From an uncultured Chloroflexia bacterium (GTDB taxonomy: Bacteria; Chloroflexota; Limnocylindria; Limnocylindrales; CSP1-4), in NCBI GenBank assembly GCA_963810065.1, contig CAWELX010000006.1, positions 270,185 to 334,184 of the forward strand: a stretch of 64,000 nucleotides of DNA, written 5' to 3'. This document shows positions 29,223-40,523 of the stretch, piece by piece. The stretch's first letter is position 1; each line of letters begins with the position of its first letter. The notes under the pieces were generated by a model, which was not told the origin of the DNA, ran no database searches, and saw only the letters and a list, made by a program, of their open reading frames with translations. The position numbers and the translations under genes are program-made.

Positions 29223-31162
29223 CTACATCGACTCGGGCGCGGAGATCCCCAGGAGGCCCAGGGAGGCGGCCAGCGTAAGCTGAGCCGCACGGACGAGCGC
29301 GAGGCGTGACCTCGAGCGCTCGGGCTCCGCCGGGTCCACGACCCGGGCGTCGCGGTAGAAGGCGTGGAACTGCGTCGCCAGGTCGGTGGCGTAGGCGGTG
29401 ACGCCCTGCGTCTCCTCCGCGGCGGCCGCGTCCTCCACGACCTCGGGGAAGCGGGCGAGGACGCGTACGAGCGCCCCTTCGGGCGTCGAGCCGAGCGCGA
29501 GCCGGGCGCTCGAGCGTCGAGCCGGGCGCCCCTCGCGTCGAGCCGAGCGCCGCCCCTGCCGCCGCCCGACGCCTGGCGCCACGCCGGCGGCCGGGGCCAG
29601 CCCGGCCTCGGCGGCCTTGCGGATGATCGAGGCGATCCGCGCGTGCGCGTACTGCACGTAGTAGACGGGGTTCTCGTTCGACTGCTTCTTCGCCAGCTCG
29701 ATGTCGAAGTCGATGCCCGACGTGTAGCCTCGGGCGGCAAAGAACCAGCGGGCGGCGTCCACGCCGATCTCCGCCAGCAGGTCGTCGAGCGTGATGAACT
29801 CGCCGGCCCGCTTGGACATCGAGACCTCCACCCCGTCGCGCACGAAGCGGACCCAGGCCATGAGGATCATCTGGACTGCCTCGCGGTCGAAGCCCATCGC
29901 CTCGGCGGCGTTGCGCAGCCGGGCCACCGTCCCATGGTGGTCGGCGCCCCAGATGTAGACCAGGTGGTCGAAGCCGCGGCTGAACTTCTCCACGACGTAG
30001 CCGATGTCCGAGCCGAAGTACGTGTAGTCGCCGTTCGACTTGCGCACGACGCGATCCTTGTCGTCGCCGTAGTCGGTGGAGCGGAACCAGAGTGCGCCGT
30101 CCTGCTCGTACAGGCGGCCCGAGACCCGCAGGCGCTCGACCGCCTGCTCCACCCAGCCCTCGCGGTAGAGCGAGCCCTCGCTCTTCCACATGTCGAAGCG
30201 GACGCCGAGCGTCGCGAGCGACGCTTCAATGCCGGCGCGGACGCGCTCGGAGGCCCACTCCCCGACGATCCAGGTGGCATCGCGGGCCTGGCCGACCGAT
30301 GGGCCGACGGATGGGCCGACCGATGGGCCGACCGCGAGGCCGGTCTCGGCGCCGGACGACCCGGACGACCCGGACGACCCGACGCGGTGGTGTCCCGGAC
30401 ATGGGCTTCGGCCGTCTCGGCGGCAGCCCACACCTCCGCCGGGATCTCCCGGGCCAGGTCGTGGACATAGGCGCCCCGGTAGCCGTCCTCCGGGATCTCC
30501 GTGCCCCGACGGATCGCGACCACGGAGCCACCGAGGTTGCGCACCTGCGCCCCGAAGTCGTTGAAGTAGTACTCGCGCGTGACCTCGTGGCCGGCGGCCT
30601 CCAGCACGCGGCAGAGCAGGTCGCCGACGAAGGCGCCCCGCGCGTTGCCGATATGGAGCGGGCCGGTCGGGTTGGCCGACACGAACTCCACGTTGACGCG
30701 GCGGGGCGCGGTGGACCGGACCCGTCCCCAGGCCCCGGGCGCGGCCAGGACGCCGGCGACCAGGTCCTCCAGCGCCGCGTCGGCGAGGCGCAGGTTCAGG
30801 AAGCCCGGCGGCGCGACGGAGACCGACGCCAGCAGCGGGCCGGCAGCGACGGCAGCGCCGGGCGCGCCGACCTCGGCCGCCAGCTCGGAGGCGATCGCCT
30901 CTGCGATCCGCAGTGGCTGCATCCGGTACGGCCGGGCGAGCTTCATCGCCACGCCGGTCGCGAGATCGCCGTGCTCGGGCTTGGCCGGTCGTTCGATGTC
31001 GACCGCAGGCAGCTCCACGTCCTCGGCGGCGGCAGGCAGGGCGCCGGACGCGACCGCGCGTGCCCAGGCCGCAGTGACGGCATCGCGGGCGCGGGTGCGC
31101 AGCGGCGTCAGGTCGGGAAGGGGCTCATGCGAAAGGGGGTCACCGGCGAGGGGCTCGTGCAC
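29223..31162 (-). CDS. argS: Arginine--tRNA ligase. It carries an internal low-complexity insertion encoded by short tandem repeats, and an apparent frameshift between about 30290 and 30425.
   Basis: The N-terminal frame has HIGH (PTGPLHIGNARGAFVGD) and …YYFNDFGAQV…. The C-terminal frame has …ARDATWIVGEWASERVRAGIEASLATLGVRFDMW… through the DALR/anticodon-binding end (…AYATDLATQFHAFY…). The two parts are in different frames and are joined across (ccgatgggccga)x3.5 and (ggacgaccc)x3. Confidence 0.7.
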
Positions 31163-31511
31163 CGCGCCATCCTAGCCGAGGCGCCGCGGGTGCTCCGTCC
31201 GTCAGCCGTAAGGTACGACCCCGCTGGCGTGTCTAGCCGATAGGTACCGGTCGTGAATCCCCGTCGGTACCGGCCGGTACTACGCCGAATGGTGTCGTGG
31301 CGCACCGCCATCCGATTCGCATGGTGCAGTCTGGTGGGTTTCGTCACCGTTAGGGCGGGCTTCTCAAGGGCCGTAAGTACTAGACGAGTACTTCCACAAG
31401 GCCCATCATCGGGACGTTGATCGAACCGCGGCAGCCCGGCCGCCGCGGCGGGGAACGATCGACACGGATTCATCCGCGGCAATCCCTGCCGCACGCTCGG
31501 GGACCAGATCG
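31163..31511 (-). promoter_or_regulatory. Long, lower-GC 5' leader of argS. It has several GGTACC-containing palindromes, an AAGTACT-agacg-AGTACTT hairpin and a hairpin that sequesters the start codon. A T-box-like element is possible.
   Basis: On the minus strand: …GGGTCGTACCTTACGG… resembles the T-box core GGGTGGTACCGCG. gcacccgcggcgcc-tcggctaggat-ggcgcggtgc pairs across the GTG start. Confidence 0.2.
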
Positions 31512-34500
31512 ATGCAGCGAACTCCGTCCACGGCGCGACGGCGCGCCTCAACCTTCCGGCGCTTCGGCTGGCTTGCCGTTGCGCTGATGGTCAGCCTTTC
31601 GATCGTGGGCCCTGGCACGGCCCCGGTCGCCGCCGCCGCGCCCAACGGCGAGGGCGGCTCTTCTGGCATCAGCGTCCAGGCCGACGCCCCTCTGCAGCCG
31701 ACACTCGACAAGCTGATTGCCGGGACCGCGAACCCGGCACCCCCGACGGACGTCTGCAAGCAGGCCGACTTCGGGTTCGTCGTCGACCGCTCGGGCTCCA
31801 TCGGGAGCGCAGGCGCGGAGGGCGCCGAGGAGTCCGGGATCACCGGGTTCGTCGACGCGTTCGCGGCCGCGGGCGGCGATGCCGTCTACGCCGGTGCCAG
31901 GTTCAACAACCAGGCGGCGGCCACGTTCACGAACGGCTTCGTGAGCCCGTCCAGCTTCAAGAGCGCCGTGAACGCGCTCAACGGCACCAGCGGCCGCACG
32001 CCGACCGGCGAGGGCATCAACGCCGGCAGCGGCAACACCGCGAACAACCGCAGCGCCCCCAACGTTCTGTTCGTCGTCACCGACGGCTCACCGAACGTCC
32101 CGTGGAGCAACGCCAACATCAACACCAACTACCCGTCCGACCCCAACGGCTGGCTCGCCGGCGCCAACGACGCGATCGCCGAGGCGAATGCCGCGCGCGC
32201 CGCGGGCTGGATCGTGCTCTCGATCTACGTCGGAGCTCCCGACAGCGGCCTGCCCTTCAGCAGCGCCGATGACCAGACCTGGGTCCAGACCGTCATGAAG
32301 CGGATCGGCGGCGGCTCCTACACGTCCGTCGCGAACTTCAACGGCCTCGTCGATGCGCTCCTGATCGCCTCCGGCTGCTCCGTTCCTCCGGGATCGCTGG
32401 AGATCACGAAGCACGTGACCGGCGACACCGACGGCTTCGCCGGCGGCACCTTCAGCTTCTCCGCGGCCTGCGGTCCGGCCGGTACGTTCACCACGTCCAT
32501 CACGCTCGCCGCCGGCGTCACCACCGGCAAGGCGACGATCGCCGACATCCCGGCCAACGCCTCCTGCACCGTCACCGAGACCTCGAAGCCGCCGGCCGGA
32601 ACGGACTTCCAGTGGAAGGCCGCCGTCGTCGATCCCAGCCCGGTCACGATCGAGTCCGGCAAGAAGGCCGGCGTGACCGTGACGAACCCGCGCGACTTCG
32701 TCGAGAACCCCTCGCTGGGCGTCAAGAAGACGGCCAAGACGGCCAACTTCGACGCGGCCGGTGACCTCCTCTCCTACGAGATCGTCGCCACCAACCTCGG
32801 CAACGTCACCCTGACCAACGTCCAGATCAGCGACCCGAAGCTCGGCGCGCTCACCTGCTCGCCGGTCCTCGGCTCCTCGCTGGCCCCCAACGCCACGATG
32901 ACCTGCAGCGGCACGTACACCACCGTCCAGGGCGACGTGGATGCCGGCAAGGTCGACAACAAGGCCACGGCCGACAGCGCCGAGACCACGCCGGTCGATG
33001 ACACGGCCACGGTCCCGGGCATCAAGAACCCGCTCCTGGGCGTCGAGAAGACGGCCAAGACGGCCAACTTCGACGCGGCCGGTGACCTCCTCTCCTACGA
33101 GATCGTCGCCACCAACCTCGGCAACGTCACCCTGACCAACGTCCAGATCAGCGACCCGAAGCTCGGCGCGCTCACCTGCTCGCCGGTCCTCGGCTCCTCG
33201 CTGGCCCCCAACGCCACGATGACCTGCAGCGGCACGTACACCACCGTCCAGGGCGACGTGGATGCCGGCAAGGTCGACAACAAGGCCACGGCCGACAGCG
33301 CCGAGACCACGCCGGTCGATGACACGGCCACGGTCCCGGGCATCAAGAACCCGCTCCTGGGCGTCGAGAAGACGGCCAAGACGGCCAACTTCGACGCGGC
33401 CGGTGACCTCCTCTCCTACGAGATCGTCGCCACCAACCTCGGCAACGTCACCCTGACCAACGTCCAGATCAGCGACCCGAAGCTCGGCGCGCTCACCTGC
33501 TCGCCGGTCCTCGGCTCCTCGCTGGCCCCCAACGCCACGATGACCTGCAGCGGCACGTACACCACCGTCCAGGGCGACGTGGATGCCGGCAAGGTCGACA
33601 ACAAGGCCACGGCCGACAGCGCCGAGACCACGCCGGTCGATGACACGGCCACGGTCCCGGGCATCAAGAACCCGCTCCTGGGCGTCGAGAAGACGGCCAA
33701 GACGGCCAGCTTCGACGCGGCCGGTGACCTCCTCTCCTACGAGATCGTCGCCACCAACCTCGGCAACGTCACGCTCCACAACGTGATGGTCACCGACACG
33801 AAGCTTGCGTCGCTGACCTGCGATCCTGGCCAGGATGTGACGCTTGCGCCAGGTGAGAGTGTGACCTGCAGCGGCACGTACACCACCGTCCAGGGCGACG
33901 TGGATGCCGGCAAGGTCGACAACACGGCCACGGCCTACAGCGCCGAGACCCCGTCCGTCGACGACTCGGCCACGGTCCCTGCCGTCAAGGGTCCGGCACT
34001 CGGCATCGTCAAGACCGCCGACACGGAGAACTATGACGCTCCCGGTGACGTGCTCCACTACACGCTCGTCGCCACCAACCTCGGCAACGTCACCCTGACC
34101 AACGTCCAGATCAGCGACCCGAAGCTCGGCGCGCTCACCTGCTCGCCGGTCCTCGGCTCCTCGCTGGCCCCCAACGCCACGATGACCTGCAGCGGCACGT
34201 ACACCACCGTCCAGGGCGACGTGGATGCCGGCAAGGTCGACAACACGGCCACGGCCGACAGCAACGAGACCACGCCGGTCGACGACTCGGCCTCGGTCCC
34301 CGCGGTCTACGAGCCCGGGATCTCGATCACCAAGCTCGTGAGCACCGATGGCGAGGAGTTCTTCCACCAGGTCACGGCCAACGTCGGCCAGGAGCTCCAG
34401 TACCGGATCGTGGTTGAGAACACCGGCAACGTGACGCTCACGCAGCTCACGCTCGCCGACAACCTCTACAACGACCTGCTCGCCTCGTTCTGCGATGACC

Positions 34501-35213
34501 GGCCGGCGACGCTCCCCGTGGGCCAGAGCTTCACCTGCGAGTACCACACCGACGCCGTGATCGGGACGTGGCAGAACACGGCCACCACCGACAGCGCGGA
34601 GACCAACCCGGTCGACGACACGGCCATCGTGGTCGTGCACGCCCCGACCTCGATCATCGTCCAGAAGCTCCTGGACCTCGACGGCAAGCTCTCGACCAAG
34701 AAGGACCAGGTCCCGGCCGCGGGCTGGACCTTCACCCTCAGCGGCGACCCGGGCATGACCGGCAAGACCGCCGGCTCCCAGGGCCTCTACACCTTCGACC
34801 TCACCGGGCTCGACGGCAGCGACGTGTTCGATCTGTCCGAGACCGTGAAGAAGGACTTCAAGGTCCTGACGGCCTCCTGCGAGGTCACCGACGCCGTCCT
34901 CCAGCCGTCCTCCACTCGCGTCGCCCAGGTGGGTGACTCGCGCGGGACCTTCGTCAAGGCCTCGGCCGAGATGCAGGAAGTCGAGGTCAACGCCGGCGAG
35001 ACCATCACCTGCACCTTCATCAACACGAGTGGCCAGGTCGAGCGTGCGACCGCGACGCCGCGGGTCACCCCGCCGCCGACCGACGCCGCCCCGACCTCCG
35101 GGACGCCCGGCGGCGACAGCTGGCGCATCGTCCTCCTGGCGATCGCGGCACTGCTTGCCATGACCCTCCTGCTCACCCCCGCGACCCCCACGGCGGTCCG
35201 CCGCCGTCGGTAG
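31512..35213 (+). CDS. Large secreted or cell-surface protein. It has a signal peptide, an N-terminal von Willebrand factor A domain (MIDAS DxSxS…T…D), five DUF11/conserved-repeat-domain modules, a further Ig-like region and a C-terminal hydrophobic anchor followed by RRRR.
   Basis: vWA motifs …DFGFVVDRSGSIGS… and …NVLFVVTDGSPN…. Repeated …LSYEIVATNLGNVTLTNVQISDPKLGALTCSP…CSGTYTTVQGDVDAGKVDNKATADS… modules. Ends …WRIVLLAIAALLAMTLLLTP…RRRR. Confidence 0.8.
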   Translation: MQRTPSTARRRASTFRRFGWLAVALMVSLSIVGPGTAPVAAAAPNGEGGSSGISVQADAPLQPTLDKLIAGTANPAPPTDVCKQADFGFVVDRSGSIGSAGAEGAEESGITGFVDAFAAAGGDAVYAGARFNNQAAATFTNGFVSPSSFKSAVNALNGTSGRTPTGEGINAGSGNTANNRSAPNVLFVVTDGSPNVPWSNANINTNYPSDPNGWLAGANDAIAEANAARAAGWIVLSIYVGAPDSGLPFSSADDQTWVQTVMKRIGGGSYTSVANFNGLVDALLIASGCSVPPGSLEITKHVTGDTDGFAGGTFSFSAACGPAGTFTTSITLAAGVTTGKATIADIPANASCTVTETSKPPAGTDFQWKAAVVDPSPVTIESGKKAGVTVTNPRDFVENPSLGVKKTAKTANFDAAGDLLSYEIVATNLGNVTLTNVQISDPKLGALTCSPVLGSSLAPNATMTCSGTYTTVQGDVDAGKVDNKATADSAETTPVDDTATVPGIKNPLLGVEKTAKTANFDAAGDLLSYEIVATNLGNVTLTNVQISDPKLGALTCSPVLGSSLAPNATMTCSGTYTTVQGDVDAGKVDNKATADSAETTPVDDTATVPGIKNPLLGVEKTAKTANFDAAGDLLSYEIVATNLGNVTLTNVQISDPKLGALTCSPVLGSSLAPNATMTCSGTYTTVQGDVDAGKVDNKATADSAETTPVDDTATVPGIKNPLLGVEKTAKTASFDAAGDLLSYEIVATNLGNVTLHNVMVTDTKLASLTCDPGQDVTLAPGESVTCSGTYTTVQGDVDAGKVDNTATAYSAETPSVDDSATVPAVKGPALGIVKTADTENYDAPGDVLHYTLVATNLGNVTLTNVQISDPKLGALTCSPVLGSSLAPNATMTCSGTYTTVQGDVDAGKVDNTATADSNETTPVDDSASVPAVYEPGISITKLVSTDGEEFFHQVTANVGQELQYRIVVENTGNVTLTQLTLADNLYNDLLASFCDDRPATLPVGQSFTCEYHTDAVIGTWQNTATTDSAETNPVDDTAIVVVHAPTSIIVQKLLDLDGKLSTKKDQVPAAGWTFTLSGDPGMTGKTAGSQGLYTFDLTGLDGSDVFDLSETVKKDFKVLTASCEVTDAVLQPSSTRVAQVGDSRGTFVKASAEMQEVEVNAGETITCTFINTSGQVERATATPRVTPPPTDAAPTSGTPGGDSWRIVLLAIAALLAMTLLLTPATPTAVRRRR
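32727..34330 (+). repeat. Intragenic 321-bp tandem repeat x5 (107-aa DUF11 modules). Copies 1-3 are identical; copies 4-5 have diverged.
   Basis: Unit starts at 32727, 33048, 33369, 33690 and about 34011 (period 321 bp). Confidence 0.8.
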
Positions 35214-35294
35214 TCGCACCTGAGATCGCTGTCCCCGAGACGGCGTGAACGCCGGGACCCGGTCCGCCGGGCCCCGGCGTTCATGTTTCCACGG

Positions 35295-36047
35295 TCAGAT
35301 GGACCAGGTGTCTCCGTCCGCGACGAGCGCCACGGGCCCGTCGAACGTCGCCCGGACCGCTGCCAGCGTGGCGGCGGGATCGCGGCGCATCTGGAGGTGC
35401 GTGAGCAGCACCCGCGACGGGCGGGTCGCTGCGGCGAGGGCGCCCACGGCGGGGCCGTCAAGGTGGAGGTCGCCGACCGGCACCGGCCCGGGCCCGAAGG
35501 CAACCTCTACCAGCAGCGTGTCGCCGGCGCGGACCAGGGGCGCGAGATCCGCGGCGCGTCCGCAATCCCCCGAGTAGACGAGGCCGGGAGCGTCCGGCTC
35601 GGCGGCGACGGATACCCGCACGCCGTAGCTCTCGTCGGTGTGGGTCACCAGGACGCTCTCGAGGAGGAAGGGGCCAAGCGTGGCGGTCCCCTCCCGGCGC
35701 CCTTCGATGTCGAGTGCCGCGGCCGCGAAGCCGGGCTCGGCGAGGAGACCGTCCAGCCGTCCGGCCAGGCCGGCGGGAGCCACGACCCGGACCCGGCGCG
35801 GCGGGACGAACTCGTAGCGCAGGTAGTGCCGGAGAGCCACCAGGTCCACGAAGTGGTCCGGGTGCAGGTGGCTGACCACGACGGCCTCGAGGCTGCTGGG
35901 CTCCATGCGCCCGGCGATCCCGGCAAAGCCGCCCTGTCCCATGTCCAGGCAGATCTGTTGCCCGTCGTGCTCGACGAGGTAGGTGCTCGACGCGGTGCCC
36001 GGCCGGTCCGGGTAGGCGGCGCCGGATCCGGCGACGAGGAGGTCCAT
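35295..36047 (-). CDS. MBL-fold metallo-hydrolase (HxHxDH)
   Basis: …VVVSHLHPDHFVDL… The ATG is at 36047. It is the last gene of the tdh-kbl-PHP-MBL operon. Confidence 0.65.
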   Translation of the reverse strand: MDLLVAGSGAAYPDRPGTASSTYLVEHDGQQICLDMGQGGFAGIAGRMEPSSLEAVVVSHLHPDHFVDLVALRHYLRYEFVPPRRVRVVAPAGLAGRLDGLLAEPGFAAAALDIEGRREGTATLGPFLLESVLVTHTDESYGVRVSVAAEPDAPGLVYSGDCGRAADLAPLVRAGDTLLVEVAFGPGPVPVGDLHLDGPAVGALAAATRPSRVLLTHLQMRRDPAATLAAVRATFDGPVALVADGDTWSI

Positions 36048-36094
36048 GGCTGGGGAGGGTAGCGGGTCGCGGCCGCCGCGACGACCCCCAACCC

Positions 36095-37122
36095 TCAGGG
36101 ACGTCCCCGGCTCATCGTCGCCCGCAGGCGCTCCGGGATCGCAACCCTGGATCCTGCCCGCTCCGCGCCCGGGGACCGGCGCACGGCGAGCTCCTCGAAC
36201 CCGCCGGCGGCGGCCACCGCGTACGCCCGGGCCAGGCCGTAGGCGAACGAGTGGGCCCGGTGGGCGTCCGAGCCGGCGGTCACGATTCGTCCCCCGAGGG
36301 CGCGGTAGCGCTCCACGACCCATGCCGCGGGATAGGTCTCACCCGGCGCCTGGCGCAGGCCGGAGCTGTTGATCTCGAGCCCCGTGCCCGTTTCCACGAG
36401 GGCCCGCAGGAGCGGCTCGTACGTCTCGGGGGCGGCGGCGAACGCAGCCGGCGGGACGTGCGCAGCGACGTACTTCTTGACGTAGTCCAGGTGCCCCAGG
36501 GTGTCGAACAGCTCGCTGCGGATGGCCGCCAGGACCTCGGCGAAGTAGGGCGCGACGACCTCGGCAAACGATCTGCCGCTGACCCAGGCCGCCACCCGCG
36601 ATGCCAAGTACGGCGAGTGCGGCGCCACGTGGCACGAGCCGATGACGAAGTCGTATGGGTGGCTCGCCAGGTGGGACCGGATCTCGGCCTCCCGGTTCGG
36701 CTCGTAGGTGATCTCGATCCCGAAGCGCACGGCCAGTCCCCGGTCGGCCCAGCGTTCAGCCGCATCGCGCACCACCCGCTCGCGGCGGGTGAAGTCGACG
36801 AAGGCGAAGGCCGGCGACCGCGGGTCGAAGTCCAGGTGGTCGGTGATCGCCAGCTCGGGGATCCCGCGTTCGACCGCCGCCGCACAGAAGACGTCGATCG
36901 GCACGTCGCTGTCGGGCGAGAGGTCGGTATGGAGGTGGGCGTCGAGCGGGAGGTCGCGGTCGGCTTCCGGGCCCGGGGCCGGCAGCACCGGGGTCGCACG
37001 CGCCAGAACCTGCTGCGGCGGTGCCGAGCGTGGCAGCGTCTCGGTTCCGGAGGCGGGTGCCGGTTCCGGCGGCGCTCCAGGGCCGGAGCTCGGGTCCGTC
37101 GCCCGGGACCGAGCAGTGTGGG

Positions 37123-37126
<4 letters not shown>
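36095..37126 (-). CDS. PHP-domain phosphoesterase (histidinol-phosphatase HisJ/HisK-like)
   Basis: LDAHLHTDLSPD…ELAITDHLDF…GHLDY… are PHP metal-binding motifs. The start overlaps the kbl stop. The N-terminus is low-complexity and the start is uncertain. Confidence 0.65.
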
Positions 37127-38340
<1,214 letters not shown>

Positions 38341-38353
38341 GGGCGAGGCCTCC

Positions 38354-39382
38354 TTACGCGGTCCAGTCCATGATCACCTTGCCGGCGTCGCCGGAGCGCG
38401 CGGCGGCAAAGGCGGCCTCGTGGTCCCGGAACGAGAAGCGGTGCGTGATCGCGGGCTTGATGTCCAGGCCCGACTGCAGCATCACCGTCATCTTGTACCA
38501 GGTCTCGTACATCTCCCGGCCGTAGATGCCGCGGAGCGTCAGCATCTTGAACACGATCTCGTTCACGTCCAGCGAGATCTCCTGGGTCGGGATCCCGAGG
38601 ATGGCGATCCCCCCGCCGTGGGCCATGGCGCCGATCGCCGCGCGGAGGGCCGCTGCGTTGCCCGACATCTCCAGCGCGACGTCGAACCCCTCCACCATCC
38701 CCAGCTCCTGGCCGACCTCGCGCAGGTCGCGCTCGCGCGGGTCGATCGCGAGCGTGGCGCCCATCTGCTCGGCGATGGCACGCCGCACGGGGTTCGGCTC
38801 CGAGACGACGACGAAGCGGGCCCCGGCGTGGCGGGCGACCGCGGTCGCCATCAGGCCGATCGGCCCGGCCCCGGAGACCAGGACGTCCTCGCCGAGGACC
38901 GGGAACGCGAGCGCCGTGTGCACGGCGTTCCCGAACGGGTCGAAGATCGCGGCCACTTCCTCGTCGATGCCCGCCCAGTGGTGCCAGATGTTCGTCATCG
39001 GGAGGGCCACGTACTCGGCGAAGGCCCCATCGCGGCCCACGCCGAGGCCGATCGACCGGGCGCACAGGTGCCGGCGCCCCGCCAGGCAATGCCGGCACCT
39101 GCCGCAGATGACGTGGCCCTCGCCGGAGACGAGGTCGCCGGGGGCGAAGTCGCCGACGTTGGAGCCCACGTCCACGATCTCGCCGACGAACTCGTGCCCA
39201 ACGACGAGGGGCGGCACGATGGTCTTCGCGGCCCAGGCGTCCCATGACGCGATGTGGAGGTCGGTGCCGCAGATGCCGGTCCGGTGGACGCGCACCAGCA
39301 CGTCGTTGATCCCCACGGCCGGCTCGGGGACCTCCCGGAGCTCCAACCCGGGCCCCGGCGTCGTCTTCACGAGGGCGAGCAT
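38354..39382 (-). CDS. tdh: L-threonine 3-dehydrogenase
   Basis: …GICGTDLHI…GHEFVGEIVDVG…GEGHVICGRCRHC… are zinc-ADH motifs. Adjacent to kbl. Confidence 0.9.
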   Translation of the reverse strand: MLALVKTTPGPGLELREVPEPAVGINDVLVRVHRTGICGTDLHIASWDAWAAKTIVPPLVVGHEFVGEIVDVGSNVGDFAPGDLVSGEGHVICGRCRHCLAGRRHLCARSIGLGVGRDGAFAEYVALPMTNIWHHWAGIDEEVAAIFDPFGNAVHTALAFPVLGEDVLVSGAGPIGLMATAVARHAGARFVVVSEPNPVRRAIAEQMGATLAIDPRERDLREVGQELGMVEGFDVALEMSGNAAALRAAIGAMAHGGGIAILGIPTQEISLDVNEIVFKMLTLRGIYGREMYETWYKMTVMLQSGLDIKPAITHRFSFRDHEAAFAAARSGDAGKVIMDWTA

Positions 39383-39493
39383 GCGTCGCCTCCCCTGCTC
39401 CGTCGGTCCTCGCGCGTGGCGGTTGCGCGGCGGCTTGCTGTCCGTCGCCGACGAGCGCGATTCTGCGCCCTCGCGACGCCGCGCGCGTCGAGA

Positions 39494-40510
39494 TCAGGCG
39501 GGGCCGGCATCCCGGTGTGCCCGGGCGGCCAGCAGGCGCGCCGCGGGCGATCCGGAGGGCGCCTCCCCGTCCGCGTCCACGATCGGGTTGACGACCGAGC
39601 CGATCGTCTCGACCTCCACTCGCACGACGTCGCCCGGGACCAGGAAGACCGGGGGCTCGCGAAAGACCCCCACGCCCGATGGCGTACCGGTCACGAGCAG
39701 GTCACCGGGCTGCAGGGTGATGCTGGCCGAGACGAAGGCGATCAGCTCGGCGACGGCAAAGACCATGTCGGACGTCCGTCCGTCCTGGACCCGGACCTCG
39801 CGGCCCGCGCCGGGTCCGCCCGCCGGCGTGTGGTAGCCGCGGACGCCGAGATCGTCCGGGTCGGGGATCTCGTCGGCGGTGACCAGGCAGGGCCCCAGCG
39901 GGAGGAAGGTGTCGGAGCCCTTGGCCCGCAACCACTGGCCGTCGCCGCGCTCGCCCTCGAGGAGGGCCGGCTTGCTGCCCTGGAGATCGCGCGCGGAGAT
40001 GTCGTTGGCGGTCATGTAGCCGGCAACGTACGCGAGCGCGTCGGCCGCGCCCACGTGACGGGTGCGCCGCCCGATGACGACCGCCAGCTCGGCCTCCAGG
40101 TCCAGGGCGTGGGTCGTGGCCGGGCGGATCACCGGGTCGCCGTCGCCCACGACAGCGTTGGCGAACTTCGCGAAGAGCATCGGGCGCGTCGGGAGGGCGA
40201 GGCCCTGCTCCAGGACGTGGCCGGCGTAGTTCTGCCCGACGCAGACGATCTTGCCGGGCTCCAGCGGCGGGGCCGGGTCCAGGGAGGCGACCGGCTCGCC
40301 GCGCAGGCCCAGCGCCGTGGCCCGTGCCAGCGCGGCCCGCGTCTCGGCCAGGTCCTGGTCCTCGCCGAGGAGGCCGCGCGGGTCCAGGAAGGCGAGCTCC
40401 TCGCGCAGTCCCGCGTGTTCCACCAGCAGGTCGAGGGGCAACGCCCGATCGCCGACGAGGATCGCCGCGACGGGCAGGCCCAGGTCGTCGAGGTAGGCGA
40501 TCAGGCGCAT
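39494..40510 (-). CDS. Fumarylacetoacetate hydrolase (FAH) family protein
   Basis: …GKIVCVGQNYAGHVLE… and the C-terminal FAH fold motifs. Confidence 0.78.
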   Translation of the reverse strand: MRLIAYLDDLGLPVAAILVGDRALPLDLLVEHAGLREELAFLDPRGLLGEDQDLAETRAALARATALGLRGEPVASLDPAPPLEPGKIVCVGQNYAGHVLEQGLALPTRPMLFAKFANAVVGDGDPVIRPATTHALDLEAELAVVIGRRTRHVGAADALAYVAGYMTANDISARDLQGSKPALLEGERGDGQWLRAKGSDTFLPLGPCLVTADEIPDPDDLGVRGYHTPAGGPGAGREVRVQDGRTSDMVFAVAELIAFVSASITLQPGDLLVTGTPSGVGVFREPPVFLVPGDVVRVEVETIGSVVNPIVDADGEAPSGSPAARLLAARAHRDAGPA

Positions 40511-40523
40511 GACACGCCGTGGC

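Noticed and set aside
32088-35219. 1043-aa minus-strand ORF with internal repeats
   Set aside because: It is antisense to the vWA-DUF11 gene. Its repeats merely mirror the 321-bp array.
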